Assembly: GCA_002633005.1 (NCBI GenBank)
Contig: NMRA01000007.1
Location: 1,735,042-1,799,041, forward strand
DNA: 64,000 nucleotides
Source of the DNA: Phoronis australis
Taxonomy: Eukaryota > Animalia > Phoronida
Reading direction: 5' to 3'
The position numbers and the translations under genes were made by a program. Positions 53,128-64,000 of the stretch are shown here, piece after piece; position 1 is the stretch's first letter, and each line of letters starts with the position of its first letter. The notes beneath the pieces are model-generated. The model was given only the letters and a program-made list of their open reading frames with translations, searched no databases and was not told the origin of the DNA.

Positions 53128-56100
53128 GTGAGTTACTTACGGTATGTAACAGAAATTTTAGCTGTAGGTTTTCCCTTATGTGTAAGAAGGCATACTATGT
53201 ACACCTTTTGGATAAACGGTATGTGCCTTTTTGTGCATGTAAAGTTGTGTCTATGTCAAACTTCAGGTGCATGGGATTGTCTGCAAAGCACAAGAAAAAC
53301 CTAAGAGTTAGATGTTAAGTAAGAACATATAAGTGAACCTTCAATTTTAAATTAACGTGTAACTGAGAACTGAGTGGATAAAAAGAAAAGTAAGACTCCT
53401 AGGTGAAATTACACGTATAGAGGAGATGAGAGAAACTCATGTGTTAGTGCCGTGAATACATTATTTCAGTATACATTGGCGCATGAGACTCAACGAGTGT
53501 TGGTACTATACAAACTGCCAGTGTAATCGGAACTATTAAAGTTCATCGCTTAACAAACCTAGCACTCTTTGACTTTTAGCCATGTAGCCACAAGGGAATA
53601 ATAGTCTTTGACTTCCTCATATTGGAAAGTAGTTTATTTGCCTATTTCATATCATAATTTTTGCGTTCATTTCAAGTGCTGTTTTGTGCCAGATTTGGTA
53701 AGCACTTACTAGCCATTTGATCCTGACTTTTTCCAAGTAGATACACACCAGATTGGGGCAATCCCTTGAGCAGTGTGCAAATATTTGAACTATTTCATGC
53801 AACAGTACTTAGGGGTGTAACTGTATAATATTGTTTATACTGTTGTTCAAAGGCACATTTCTGTTCAGAGTAATCAGCTCTATATTCCAGTGCAGAAGAG
53901 TCACTACACCGTTTTTCTGTTGGAAGTGGCTAAAAACCCGCTTTCCACTACATTTTTTATTTGGGCCACTGTTGTGAGATTCGTTTCAAATTGTTTCGAT
54001 TTCTGTGCTTGGAGAGAATCAGCAGTTTGTTATTGCTCGAGTCGACGCTAAGGAATGACATGCCGTGACAAGTCATTGTAGAGCCTTGTGTCGAGCAGTA
54101 ACATAATGTTGGTTTTTCGCAAGACCAGAAATTTCTTTTTTTTAATGTTTATTTACGAAATATACAAACATAATTAGTGTTAAGCCCAAAAGGCACTGGA
54201 AAGCATGTCAAACTCTTCTCATTTGAGTAAGGAGCCAATTAAGACAAATTTTATAGCAGTTAAGGGTCTAAGTCAATATTTAGTTTCTTCAGTAGAACCC
54301 AGGTTTATTGCTGCTTTAAATGAAGTCAACGATTATCAGTTTCTTGTAGAAGCACAAGTGCTAATGGTTGGCATTAGCACTTGCTGATTTCTTGAGAACT
54401 GAAGGCTTGTTGCAGAGGCAGACCTCTGATGCACTCAGCCAGCTGTCGGAGGTTCCTGAAAGTCGAGCACATAGTTTGTCGCAGGTTGTGGGACCTGCAA
54501 AAAAGGAAAGTCATGAGTGAAATATCTGTTTATTACTTGGCAAAAATTTTTTGGTATAATATATTGATTCTCGTTTGTTATAACTAGGACGTGTTGGGCA
54601 CTTTTCAGCCACTTTCAAACCATAACTGTTTTTCTAAGAACACTTCTGTTTTGGGCACAATATGACAATTTTTTTTTCATTTTTTGTTATCTTTCTCCAT
54701 CAGTGCAAGTATTGGAAAGCTTTACTTTGTTGTCACCTTGGCTTGTACAGTTCAGCTGTCATTAAGCAAGTTACATCAGTGTTCGTTCTACATTTCCGAA
54801 CACAGGGTTCCAGTGGACCCACCTTCCAAAAATGTTGGGGTCCATTTCAGTGTCGTGGGGTCCATGAAAACACTCCTGAAATGGTTACAGTTGCAGAGAA
54901 AGACGCACAAAGTATAATTTGGAAATACGAGGCAAACCTAGTGATTCTTTATCAGTGGAAAATGTAGGCAGGCAACAAAAAATTGAACCTGGCAATTTCT
55001 GTTTCCTTAGTTTTCATTCTCGTAACTTATTGAAATTGCATTAAAATTGCATCCGAGGTGCTGCATCTGGGTACTCAACATGTGTTTTTATTAGCTTGCA
55101 TCAAATGATGCAAAACGCATCCTTGGGCAAACAATGATTAAGTCTTTGAATTATGGCAACTTAACAATTATTTATGTCCTAAATTAAGAAGTTTTTGATG
55201 TACGTTAAAATTAGGTCGTCTAATTGGAATACGTTACGCACTTGAAAACACAAATTAACTACCATTGTATTAGGACTGGTTGCCATCAAACTATCCATAA
55301 TGTGCTTCAAAAATTGCCCTTAAAGACATTGATGTTGCATTCATTGATATAACATTTTTGCCTTAGCTGTGTTTACAAGCTGCTTCTCTGCAGTGACCTT
55401 TTCCATCTATCAAACTAGAAGGAGTCAGTTGAAACTTGATAGTTGGAAAGAAATGTTCTGTGTGGACTTCTAAAGAACACACTGTTTAGCTAGGCTTACT
55501 TGAGGAAATAACTGGAGAGGTAAGGCGTTAGAGGATGTTCAAGGACTCGTGGTAAAGTGACAAAATGAACTCATATTGTCAACACTCAAATCAAGTCTTA
55601 GAATCTGTCAGAAACAATCTTATGTCTCTTTGTATTTTGCTAATAGTAAATGTTTAACTGACAATTACTGTTGCAACTAGAGGTACTATTACCAGTAGTC
55701 TATAAATGGTCTGTATGTTTTATTTTTAACTAGTATAGGGATCTTCATAGGAAGTGGAGTTAAGACAAGTTCTGGAGGGTTTTTCGCGTACATCACAATG
55801 TCGTTTCTTTTTACTTTCACTTTGGTTACTTTCCACTTTGGAGTTTGTAAGCTCGTCGTACTGGAAGTTGGGGCGTTCCTGCGAGTGCGTGCAGCGAGTA
55901 TTGTACGACATAAGAAAAAATGGGAGGTGGTTCAAAAAGATAAAAAATGAATCCAACACTTGACTGACGTAGACTTGTGAACCTCGTTACAGTGGATGTA
56001 TAACCAAATCCTTAAAAAAAGGTATTCAAAACTGTTAAGTGACTATGTTTAGTAATTAGTATTCACTGAGGGCATTGTGTGTGTGAATGGGAGGAGTAAT

Positions 56101-58159
56101 TCTCCACCTCCCAGTTGAAGAGCTACATGAGCATGTAAACAGGATGTCCTCAAAATTATGGGATGGATTCTAATAATAAAAGGTGTTCGTTTAAACACTT
56201 CTTGCTGTCGAGGTTGCCGAAGTGTTTAAGATTTTAATCACATATGACGGTTGAAAATTACATTCTTTTTGAATGGATGTTTGCCACATGAACACTCATT
56301 TGTTCTACTTACCATCACAGTACCATAACATGTACTGAGGCAGGCCAGGATGTATTGTGTTTATAATGTTTCAGTAGGTTGACATGCTTGTTAATTTTTT
56401 CATTCCTGAATTAACCCTGGTTGTTCTTAGGCAAATTTTGGTATAGAATGGTGGTGCAACTTCTCACATAGTTCAAATTTTAAAAAATTTAGCAGTACCA
56501 TGGAAATGAATCCACAATCTCTACAGTGGCAGCCAAAGGCTCTACCGCTGGCTGCTGGGCATTAAACAGTAGGTAGGATATAATATGCCCACATTTTGGG
56601 AACCAGTTTGGTTACTGCTATTCAGTGGAGAAAACTGGTTCTTAAGTGTGGGCTCATTATATCTGACTGTTACTTTGTTGCTGAGCCAAATCCCACACAT
56701 TCAATAGTAAAACATGTATATTTTAGTGGCAATGCCACCCGCCTTGAGTTAACTAAATGTCTGGCAGACAACTGCGAGAATTGACGATTTGTAATAAAAT
56801 CACAAAATACAATGGATTTTGTTGTTTTATAGCTCTGGGCAAAGTTGATAATTGCAAGAAGTCCAATCTGTTAAACAATAACTGCAAAATTGCATTTTAT
56901 AATGCAAAAAACGATTATGTCGCTTAAACCACGAACATTTTCCCCGAAACCAGCCTAATTATAGACTAAACTTTTCGTAATCGTTATTTTTGCTGAGAAT
57001 TTTGACAACATAAAGTTCAGTTGTTGGTCATACTGTGGGCTTAAGTGAGACAAGAATTACTCAAGGTGTCCAATATATGACAACCATAGTCTGTTGACTG
57101 GTTTTACAATAGGCCACTGCTGGAAGTAAGTTCACAGATGGTTTTCTTGTTGAGTGCAGTTCCCCAGTCCAGACATTCCAGTCCAGTACTTGATGTTTGT
57201 GGCCGCCACATAAGTGTTGGCCACATCTGGAGATAATGTAAGAGGGTGGTTTTCACTGTTTTCCATTGTATATTGGCCAGTTGAGGTTGACCTAGCATTT
57301 GTACACTGCTATCTGTGGACAATAAGCCCTAGGTTTGACTAGCTTTCCCACTTGGTCTGGGTACATTTTAGTGGGGAGTTTTGTGGTGTAGTGTCGTTCT
57401 CTAACTGTCCTGTTGAGACGGAGCTCTCGGGTTGATCTAGTGGGCCTGTAGGTATAACCTCGGTCATGTAAAGACATGACACCGTTTGTATGTTTGACAT
57501 GATCAGAATAAGTTGCTTTTTTAACTGGAATTGTTACTACTTGCCATTTTCATTACGTTATGTGCCAAGTTGAAATTTAGCCGTTTTGTTTGTTTTTTAA
57601 GAAATTGAATGTGACGCCAGCTGTGCACTACAGCCCTTGACCTGTGCTGAAATCAAACACCGAAAGTCTTGCAGAAAATCGAGCTTGCCCTAGACAGACT
57701 CTTGTTGTTTGTCTTCATCTTTAACTCAGAATTCTTCCTTGTGGCTTTTGATAGTGTTGTGGCCTCACATGCCACGTTTTCAGTTTCCAAATCAACTGAG
57801 TTGATCTGACATGGAGATCCTCTATGTGACCATATTTGACAGAGATGTTCTACTGAAAATAAGTGTTGCCACCATTTTACACAAAATTTGGTCATGTTCT
57901 TGATACTGTTATTGTGCTTTCTGTTTGGCTAAATGTTAATTAAAAGACATGGCCTCTTGACCAAATTAATGTCAGACTGGCAAAAAGTAAATCAAATTTT
58001 GCAAGCTTTTCTCATTCATAAAATATATACTAATAGGTTAAATTCTATAGTTTTTGTGGTTATTTGGCCAAATGCACCGACTTGTCAATAAGGTCTTGCA
58101 TAACCTGATGTGTCTTCATGGAACAGGTCCCTGAGCAGTTTGTATTTGTTTACCTGCAG

Positions 58160-58452
58160 GTGAAGACCGTGTTCTTGCCTCCATACAGCAAATACAGAGA
58201 AAGCTGAAGTCAGCCGATAATCAAAAGGATGTTACTGCTCTGACAAGACTCCTTCAGAACCATCGGTTCCTCGCCGCCCTCGCTATATACCAGAAGGTAC
58301 AAGCGTGTACCAACCGTTCACCACCCATCACAGCACTGTGCAATAACTCCCAGTTTGTTTCGTTTGACGTCGTCACGGGGCTCAAGTCACAACAAGGGGT
58401 CAACCCGAAGGTCAATGAACTGGTCCAGATTCTGAAGCAGCCAGAGTTTCAG
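58160..58452 (+). CDS. PALS1: PALS1 exon: L27N and start of L27C
   Basis: cctgcag|gt ... cag|gtgtgt, phase 1-0. Open frame GEDRVLASIQQIQRKLKSADNQKDVTALTRLLQNHRFLAALAIYQKV...NELVQILKQPEFQ; not in the ORF track. Confidence 0.88.
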
Positions 58453-59329
58453 GTGTGTTGGTTTGTTGGAACTGAATAGAACATGCATTTTTGTGTAAGA
58501 AATTAAACGTCTCCGTGGAACTCTCCTTTAGAGGTAAAAAAGATCACCATTTATTCAAGCACTAGTTTCTATTTTTACGAAATCTTATGCTTTGATGTTT
58601 GGATCCTTTTTTCTTGTCTCTATAAAATTGATCAAAGGGAGATTTCTATCACACTGACTATGTTAAAAGCATGTGTTGCAAAAATTTGTTGTTCATAACG
58701 TTACTTGTACGAATTCATCACAAAAATTGTTATTGGTTTTTGAAAATGGACAATATACGACAATGATTTTTGCACTTGAAAACATCGAACTACTGAAATA
58801 CAGAACGTTGTTTTGTGGTATTCTGTTGTTGTTTTATTGGAGAGACACAGTATTTAGTGCAATTCTTTATATAGTTATCACACAACTGTCTGACAAGTGG
58901 AATTCTATTTTTTTAAATTTCTCCACAAAAGTAGAGACCAAAAAACTTGTAGTCTATTACTAGCATGCTTTGTTCTGTGTAGATTCATAAACATTTAACG
59001 CATTTTCCTTTATTTGCATTAAAATAATAAGCCTTTGAAAAATGGAAAAATGACAATCTTGGCAATTATGTTTGTGTGAAACAAGTGGAGAATTACCGTA
59101 CATTTTGAATTTTCAAGTGGTCCTCAGTTTTGTTTTTCATTGATTGAGTACTTAAAATTCACACTGTTGTAAAATGTAATCAGCTCATTCACGTGAATGG
59201 ATCTGTCATTGGCATGTTACCTTTCTCAGTGACGTCTTACCTCTCTCATTGACATCTTACATCTTTCAGTGGCATCTGTTCTATCCTTATGCTTCAGTTT
59301 TACTCAGGAGTTTGCGTTTGTGTTTATAG

Positions 59330-59479
59330 AGTTTGTTAAAGGCACACGACAAACTAGCCCAGGGTGAGCCCCCTCCCCCGCCACCCAACCCGGACGACGA
59401 GATGTTATACAACAGGGCGTCACAGTATGACGAAGACAGTGTGAAGATTGTCAGACTACTCAAGACCGCCGACGCTCTT
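59330..59479 (+). CDS. PALS1: PALS1 exon: end of L27C and start of PDZ
   Basis: tttatag|agt ... ctt|gtacgt, phase 0-0. SLLKAHDKLA...QYDEDSVKIVRLLKTADAL. Confidence 0.9.
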
Positions 59480-59822
59480 GTACGTACATTATCAATGATG
59501 TTTATAGCATTCCTTTGTTGTTTTAATTTGAGTTTCTTTGCGAGTCCGGTTATTTTAAAATTTTTAACATAATGCTGTCAGTGTCGGCCTAACTTCGAAA
59601 TCTTGCTCAAGTCATGAATTTGCTTCAAGTTGAACCATGCGGATGTTGGAATTTTTCTGAGAACTGAGTGCAAGTCTACTGGCGGAGGCTGCTCAAGCCT
59701 AAAATGATTGGGCATTTAGTATTTATTGAGTTAGTGACTAGTTTTGCTGTTCGGATTTGGCAGTTTTGATCTTTACCCAACCATTGTAATGGCGCTTTAA
59801 GACTATTACGTTGTATCTGTAG

Positions 59823-59898
59823 GGTGCTACAGTGAGAAATGAGGGCGATGCAGTGATTATAGGCAGGATTGTCAAGGGTGGAGCTGCAGAGAAAAGTG
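59823..59898 (+). CDS. PALS1: PALS1 PDZ exon
   Basis: tctgtag|ggt ... agt g|gtgagt. [25 protein letters not shown] closely matches PALS1 [25 protein letters not shown]. Confidence 0.95.
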
Positions 59899-60531
59899 GT
59901 GAGTGACAGCATGCTGCTGAACAGTATAGGGCAGTGGGCCGTATTGTGGTCTGTCTCTTTGTCAGGTCTGAGCTCAAATCGTGCGTTGGCTGGCAGATCA
60001 CAACGGCACTTGATAAATGCAATCGGGGCAAAACACCATTTCTCCATCGTGACGACTAATTGTGCTTACAGCAAAAATGTCTGTTAATGACCATACTAGA
60101 TTTACTGTTAATTCTCTTCATTCCCGGTCATGATTGTAGGCTACGCTGAGAATGAATTCGGCTTCCGCCCTGCCGACATGACAGGCAATTCCCGATTGTT
60201 TTGTCTGAACACTTTTTGGGTGTACTATATGAGCATATGAACCATTACACTAGTTACCTCCCTGTGTTGAGTCTGAAATGGGACAAAAGGGCGTGAATGT
60301 TGTGAGAATGTGTTGAGGGTCGTGGAACAGAGTCAATGTGGTGCCAACGTGTTGAGGATGCATCACTGAAAGCACTGCTAGACACTAATGAGAGTATTCC
60401 TTGCAAAAATACTTTAAAAATAATTTACGGCCTCTTGTTACATTTCAGTTTACAATAAAGGTTATTGAGCTTAGGATGTGGTCTCAACAAAAGTATTCAT
60501 GAAGAATTTAATGTTTTAATGTAGTCTTTCA

Positions 60532-60703
60532 CTATGGCGGATTTAGGGGGGGGGGACAATGTGGTCATGCCCCCACCCCCCTAAAATTCTCCCAGATTCC
60601 ATTTGGCTGTTCGGGGGGTGCGAATGTCTGGCGGGCAAAATCCTGGCTATTACCCTGCCTTGGCCGCCCCTCTCCCCAACTCAAAATCCTGGATCCGCCC
60701 CTG
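60532..60703. mobile_element. MITE-like element (GGCGGATTTAGG ... CCTGGATCCGCC)
   Basis: Imperfect inverted termini with G-run/C-run subterminal tracts; GC-rich island in an AT-rich intron. Confidence 0.7.
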
Positions 60704-62118
60704 GTTTACAATTGTCAGCGTTGATTATGTACACCAAACAAGTACTAAGCTGTTGAAGGATGAGAAATGATCATTGTTGCCATGTATCCTATTTAGGAGT
60801 TTGTCTGTTAGTTTATCATTTCCCTACTGTATTTTATCAGTGCACTGTTGCACGATACTATAAAAATGAGGCCATGTGAAAAAGACCCACTTGGTGACAT
60901 TCTGTGACAAAACGTGCTTGCCTGAAATTCTGTGACAAAATGTGTTAGTATTTTGTTAGGTTTAATGTTGTTATATGCTGCATCAAGTGCTAGTTCCTTT
61001 CGTCACAAATTGTAAAATTATGTAATTCATCGCTATCGCTGACAAATATTATGTCTTGCATGTGTGACAAATGTAAAGTTGATGTGACTGAGACATGAAA
61101 AAAGCTCCAAAAGAGCAACAGGAGTTACTGGTGACATTTCGAAATTATTGAGATGTGACAAATTACGGCTTGCCATTAAACATGAATACATTCTCTGCAC
61201 TTTCCCTCGTAACACAGTGCTATTGACATCATGCATCAATTAAAACTATCAATCTGGTAGCTGTGTTGCCCTCCACTTGGAACAGTTAGATGGATATTCC
61301 ATTACATCCTGTCTGGCTGTGCCTTTTGTGAAGGCTAAAATGACTCATTGTAGTCTTGTTTTAGTCAGTAAACCCCAACTCTGTAACCTGTCCAGGATAG
61401 TTATTGTAGGATCTATAAATGATGGGAACTATTTCCCTGTTTTCCCTGGTTCAGTGACCTCTGTAGGCCACATAGTGCAAATATTCTACCCTGACTTGCT
61501 AACATTTCAAAACAAATGTTGAATAATTTGTAAACACTATCATCCTAAGTATTTTGCTTTCCAATTAGTTGTGTCTGGCCTATGACTCATGCACTGGCCA
61601 CTTGAGATGGATGGCAGTCTGCACTTGTGGTCAGCTATTACAAACATATTGAAATTTATTTGGCATTGTTTCACCATGTTAAAAAGTTATTTCACTTTAT
61701 TGAACATAATGTTTATTCGTAATTGAAATTTATTCTCTCTGTCTTCGCTTTTTAAGAAATTACATCAAATTGAAACAGTTGTGGTAATTTTATTACGCAC
61801 CATGTCTTTAAGTCAATATTGATCGTATATATTTCTTAAAGGTGCTATGTGGCCACTTCCTGTCTACCATTATGAAGTTGGTCTCAGCTTCTTCCTTATT
61901 AGGATGAGCAGTAATTTCTGGGATTGTGAACAACTGACAGTTTTTCTTCTTTAAAGCCAGGCTCGACAAGTTGAGTTGACAGCCTCATCAATATAATTAT
62001 ACACTGAAAGAAATGTGGCTGGAAATAGGCTTGTTATATTGTCAAATGTTTCTAATTGGTACTCCAATAACAAATTTATCAAGGTTATTAGTTGTTATGA
62101 CTTCTGTCAAATTTACAG

Positions 62119-62285
62119 GTCTACTCCATGAAGGCGATGAGATTTTGGAAATCAATGGCCATGACATGCGTGGTAAAAACGTTAACGATGTCTGTGACCT
62201 CATGGCCAGCCTACAGGGGACGCTGACGTTCTTGATTGTTCCGAACCCGGAGGCCTTTGCCAGGCCTTCTAGGTCAGACCACTTG
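62119..62285 (+). CDS. PALS1: PALS1 PDZ C-terminal exon
   Basis: tttacag|gt ... ttg|gtgagt, phase 1-0. GLLHEGDEILEINGHDMRGKNVNDVCDLMASLQGTLTFLIVP. Confidence 0.95.
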
Positions 62286-62489
62286 GTGAGTGGAAATTTT
62301 ACCTTTTAGAGATTTTTTGATCCAGGTATTTGTTGGGGTTCTGGTTATTTTCTGTGGTGCAATTTCTCATTCATTTTTTTAAATTTTGCTATAACTCTTA
62401 AATTTATTTAGTCTCGAAAATTATCAGTTTGCCTGAAGAAAAATGACTCGTGAACGGTCATATCTTAGGCTTGTTCGTCTTTCCACAAG

Positions 62490-62689
62490 GTGCATATTAA
62501 AGCCCATTTCGACTACGACCCAGAAGATGATCCGTACATCCCCTGCCGTGAACTTGGACTCTCCTTCGCGAAGGGCGACATACTGCATGTGATCAACCAG
62601 GAAGATGCCAACTGGTGGCAGGCTTATCGTGAGGGGGAGGAAGACCAGGCTCTGGCCGGTCTCATTCCCAGCAGGACGTTCCAAGAACA
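62490..62689 (+). CDS. PALS1: PALS1 SH3 exon
   Basis: [61 protein letters not shown], donor ca|gtaagt. Acceptor is AAG at 62487-62489, or an in-frame TAG 21 nt upstream. Confidence 0.93.
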
Positions 62690-63871
62690 GTAAGTTCTCT
62701 TTCGTGGCTACTTTGCAAATCCATGTGGATGTATTACATAAATGCTTTGTCTTGGTTCATCCAACTATGACTGGAGCAGCAGACCATGACATTTTACTAT
62801 GTCTTTCGTCTTCATATAATGTGTATCCCTGTCTTTTTGTAAATTAGAGAATCTGTTTTTTTTCTTGTCGTCTCCCCTCTCTATCTTGTATAAGATGATT
62901 CTGTTTATAACGTTCTCTTTTGTAATAGACATCTCTGTATTGTTATCGTGTATTCTCTCCTTCTCTTGCAATAGAAAATATTTAATTTTCTTCATCTTTC
63001 ATAATGTACCTTCTCTGTCTCATACGAGCAATGTTTTTTCTTCACAAGAGCACTAAACTGTGTATTCATTTAGTTGGTTTTATTTATTGTGGTATAGTAT
63101 ATTAATTTTAATCATTTCAACAAAAACATTCTGGCTTAGTTTTGTTTGGTGTCAGTTTCAACTTGTCGGTACTTTCTTGACATTCTCTTGGTTCTTTGTG
63201 TTCATCCGCACTGGTTTAGCTCCAGCCCATTTCGTTTGTGTTACAGTCTGACAGACACTCTTGAAAGAATGGGGTCGGGGTAAGACGGAATGCGCTCCTG
63301 ACACCTAGTGTACAAACTGCTAATCATGTTGAAGTTTGCAACACCTCCCATGTTTCTCGCAGCTACACTTAACAGACGAGTGCATGGGGGGTCTAAGCAT
63401 GTTCCGTGCAAAATTCAGCATGGCCAGCTGTTCAGTTCTCCATCTGTTGGCAGTTTTATTAACTTTATCACAGCTCATATCACTGACATTGCATTGAATA
63501 GTGCCATTAGATTTTGCCAATTTGTTTATCGCATTGCATTTTGTTTTTTATGTGGAGAAATGATTGGTGCAAAAAGATCACAATGAAGATTTCATCCATG
63601 TGAAAACTGAGAAAAAAATTACATTTGAAAATTATAATTGGTCACTTTGAGAAATTGCGATTTGCGGCTGGTTTTGAAAAAAAACAGCTGTACTTGAAGC
63701 TGCAAAACTACAGCTGTAAAGCATGTCTAGATGTGAGCTGCATTGAGCCGTTCATTTGTGTTAGACTTTGCTCAAGGTTTGTGCGATCACTTTAAAAGCA
63801 TGCCCTGTGTTGCCTGCATGTTCAGTCACGATCAGAGTGGGTAAGACTTGATGGCTTTTGTTTCCTCGCAG

Positions 63872-63996
63872 ACGAGAAGCGATCAAGCAGACGATCGTTG
63901 GTAGTGATAAGGATGGTAAGAAGAACAAGAAAATGCTGTGCGCTAAAAACAAGAAGCGTAAGAAGAAGAAAATGTACAATGCAGGCTCGACGGATG
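63872..63996 (+). CDS. PALS1: PALS1 HOOK-region exon (gene continues beyond the window)
   Basis: tcctcgcag|a, phase 2 matching the previous exon. REAIKQTI...LCAKNKKRKKKKMYNA matches PALS1 REAMKQTI...WCAKKNKKKRKKVLYNA. Confidence 0.92.
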
Positions 63997-64000
63997 GTAG

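Noticed and set aside
52518-53304. Overlapping antisense and alternate-frame ORFs on the large PALS1 exon
   Set aside because: Shadow ORFs of a GC-richer true coding exon.

Overview
Eukaryotic, intron-rich, AT-rich animal DNA, probably from an invertebrate (inference). It holds two + strand genes assembled by hand from GT-AG splice sites and reading-frame phase. (1) The last three coding exons (3904-9219) of a CYP26-family cytochrome P450 (retinoic acid hydroxylase-like); its first exon appears to lie upstream of the window. Its introns carry four perfect RGKTCA direct repeats (DR2, DR5, DR8, DR5). The last exon has an ~80-aa insertion next to the heme-binding loop, made of a 15-bp coding minisatellite and three Cys-Pro motifs. 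(2) A PALS1/MPP5/Stardust MAGUK gene (about 26.5 kb to the window end; GUK domain beyond the window) with ECR1, ECR2, two L27 domains, PDZ, SH3 and HOOK. Small upstream exons splice in phase to add an extra N-terminal PDZ domain. A by-eye shift to CpG-poor sequence at about 35.5-36.5 kb suggests an internal promoter for a PDZ-less isoform. The rest is MITE-like and foldback elements, a tRNA-derived SINE head, micro- and minisatellites, and a probable allelic assembly duplication. Most ORFs in the supplied track are spurious. No database searches were run.
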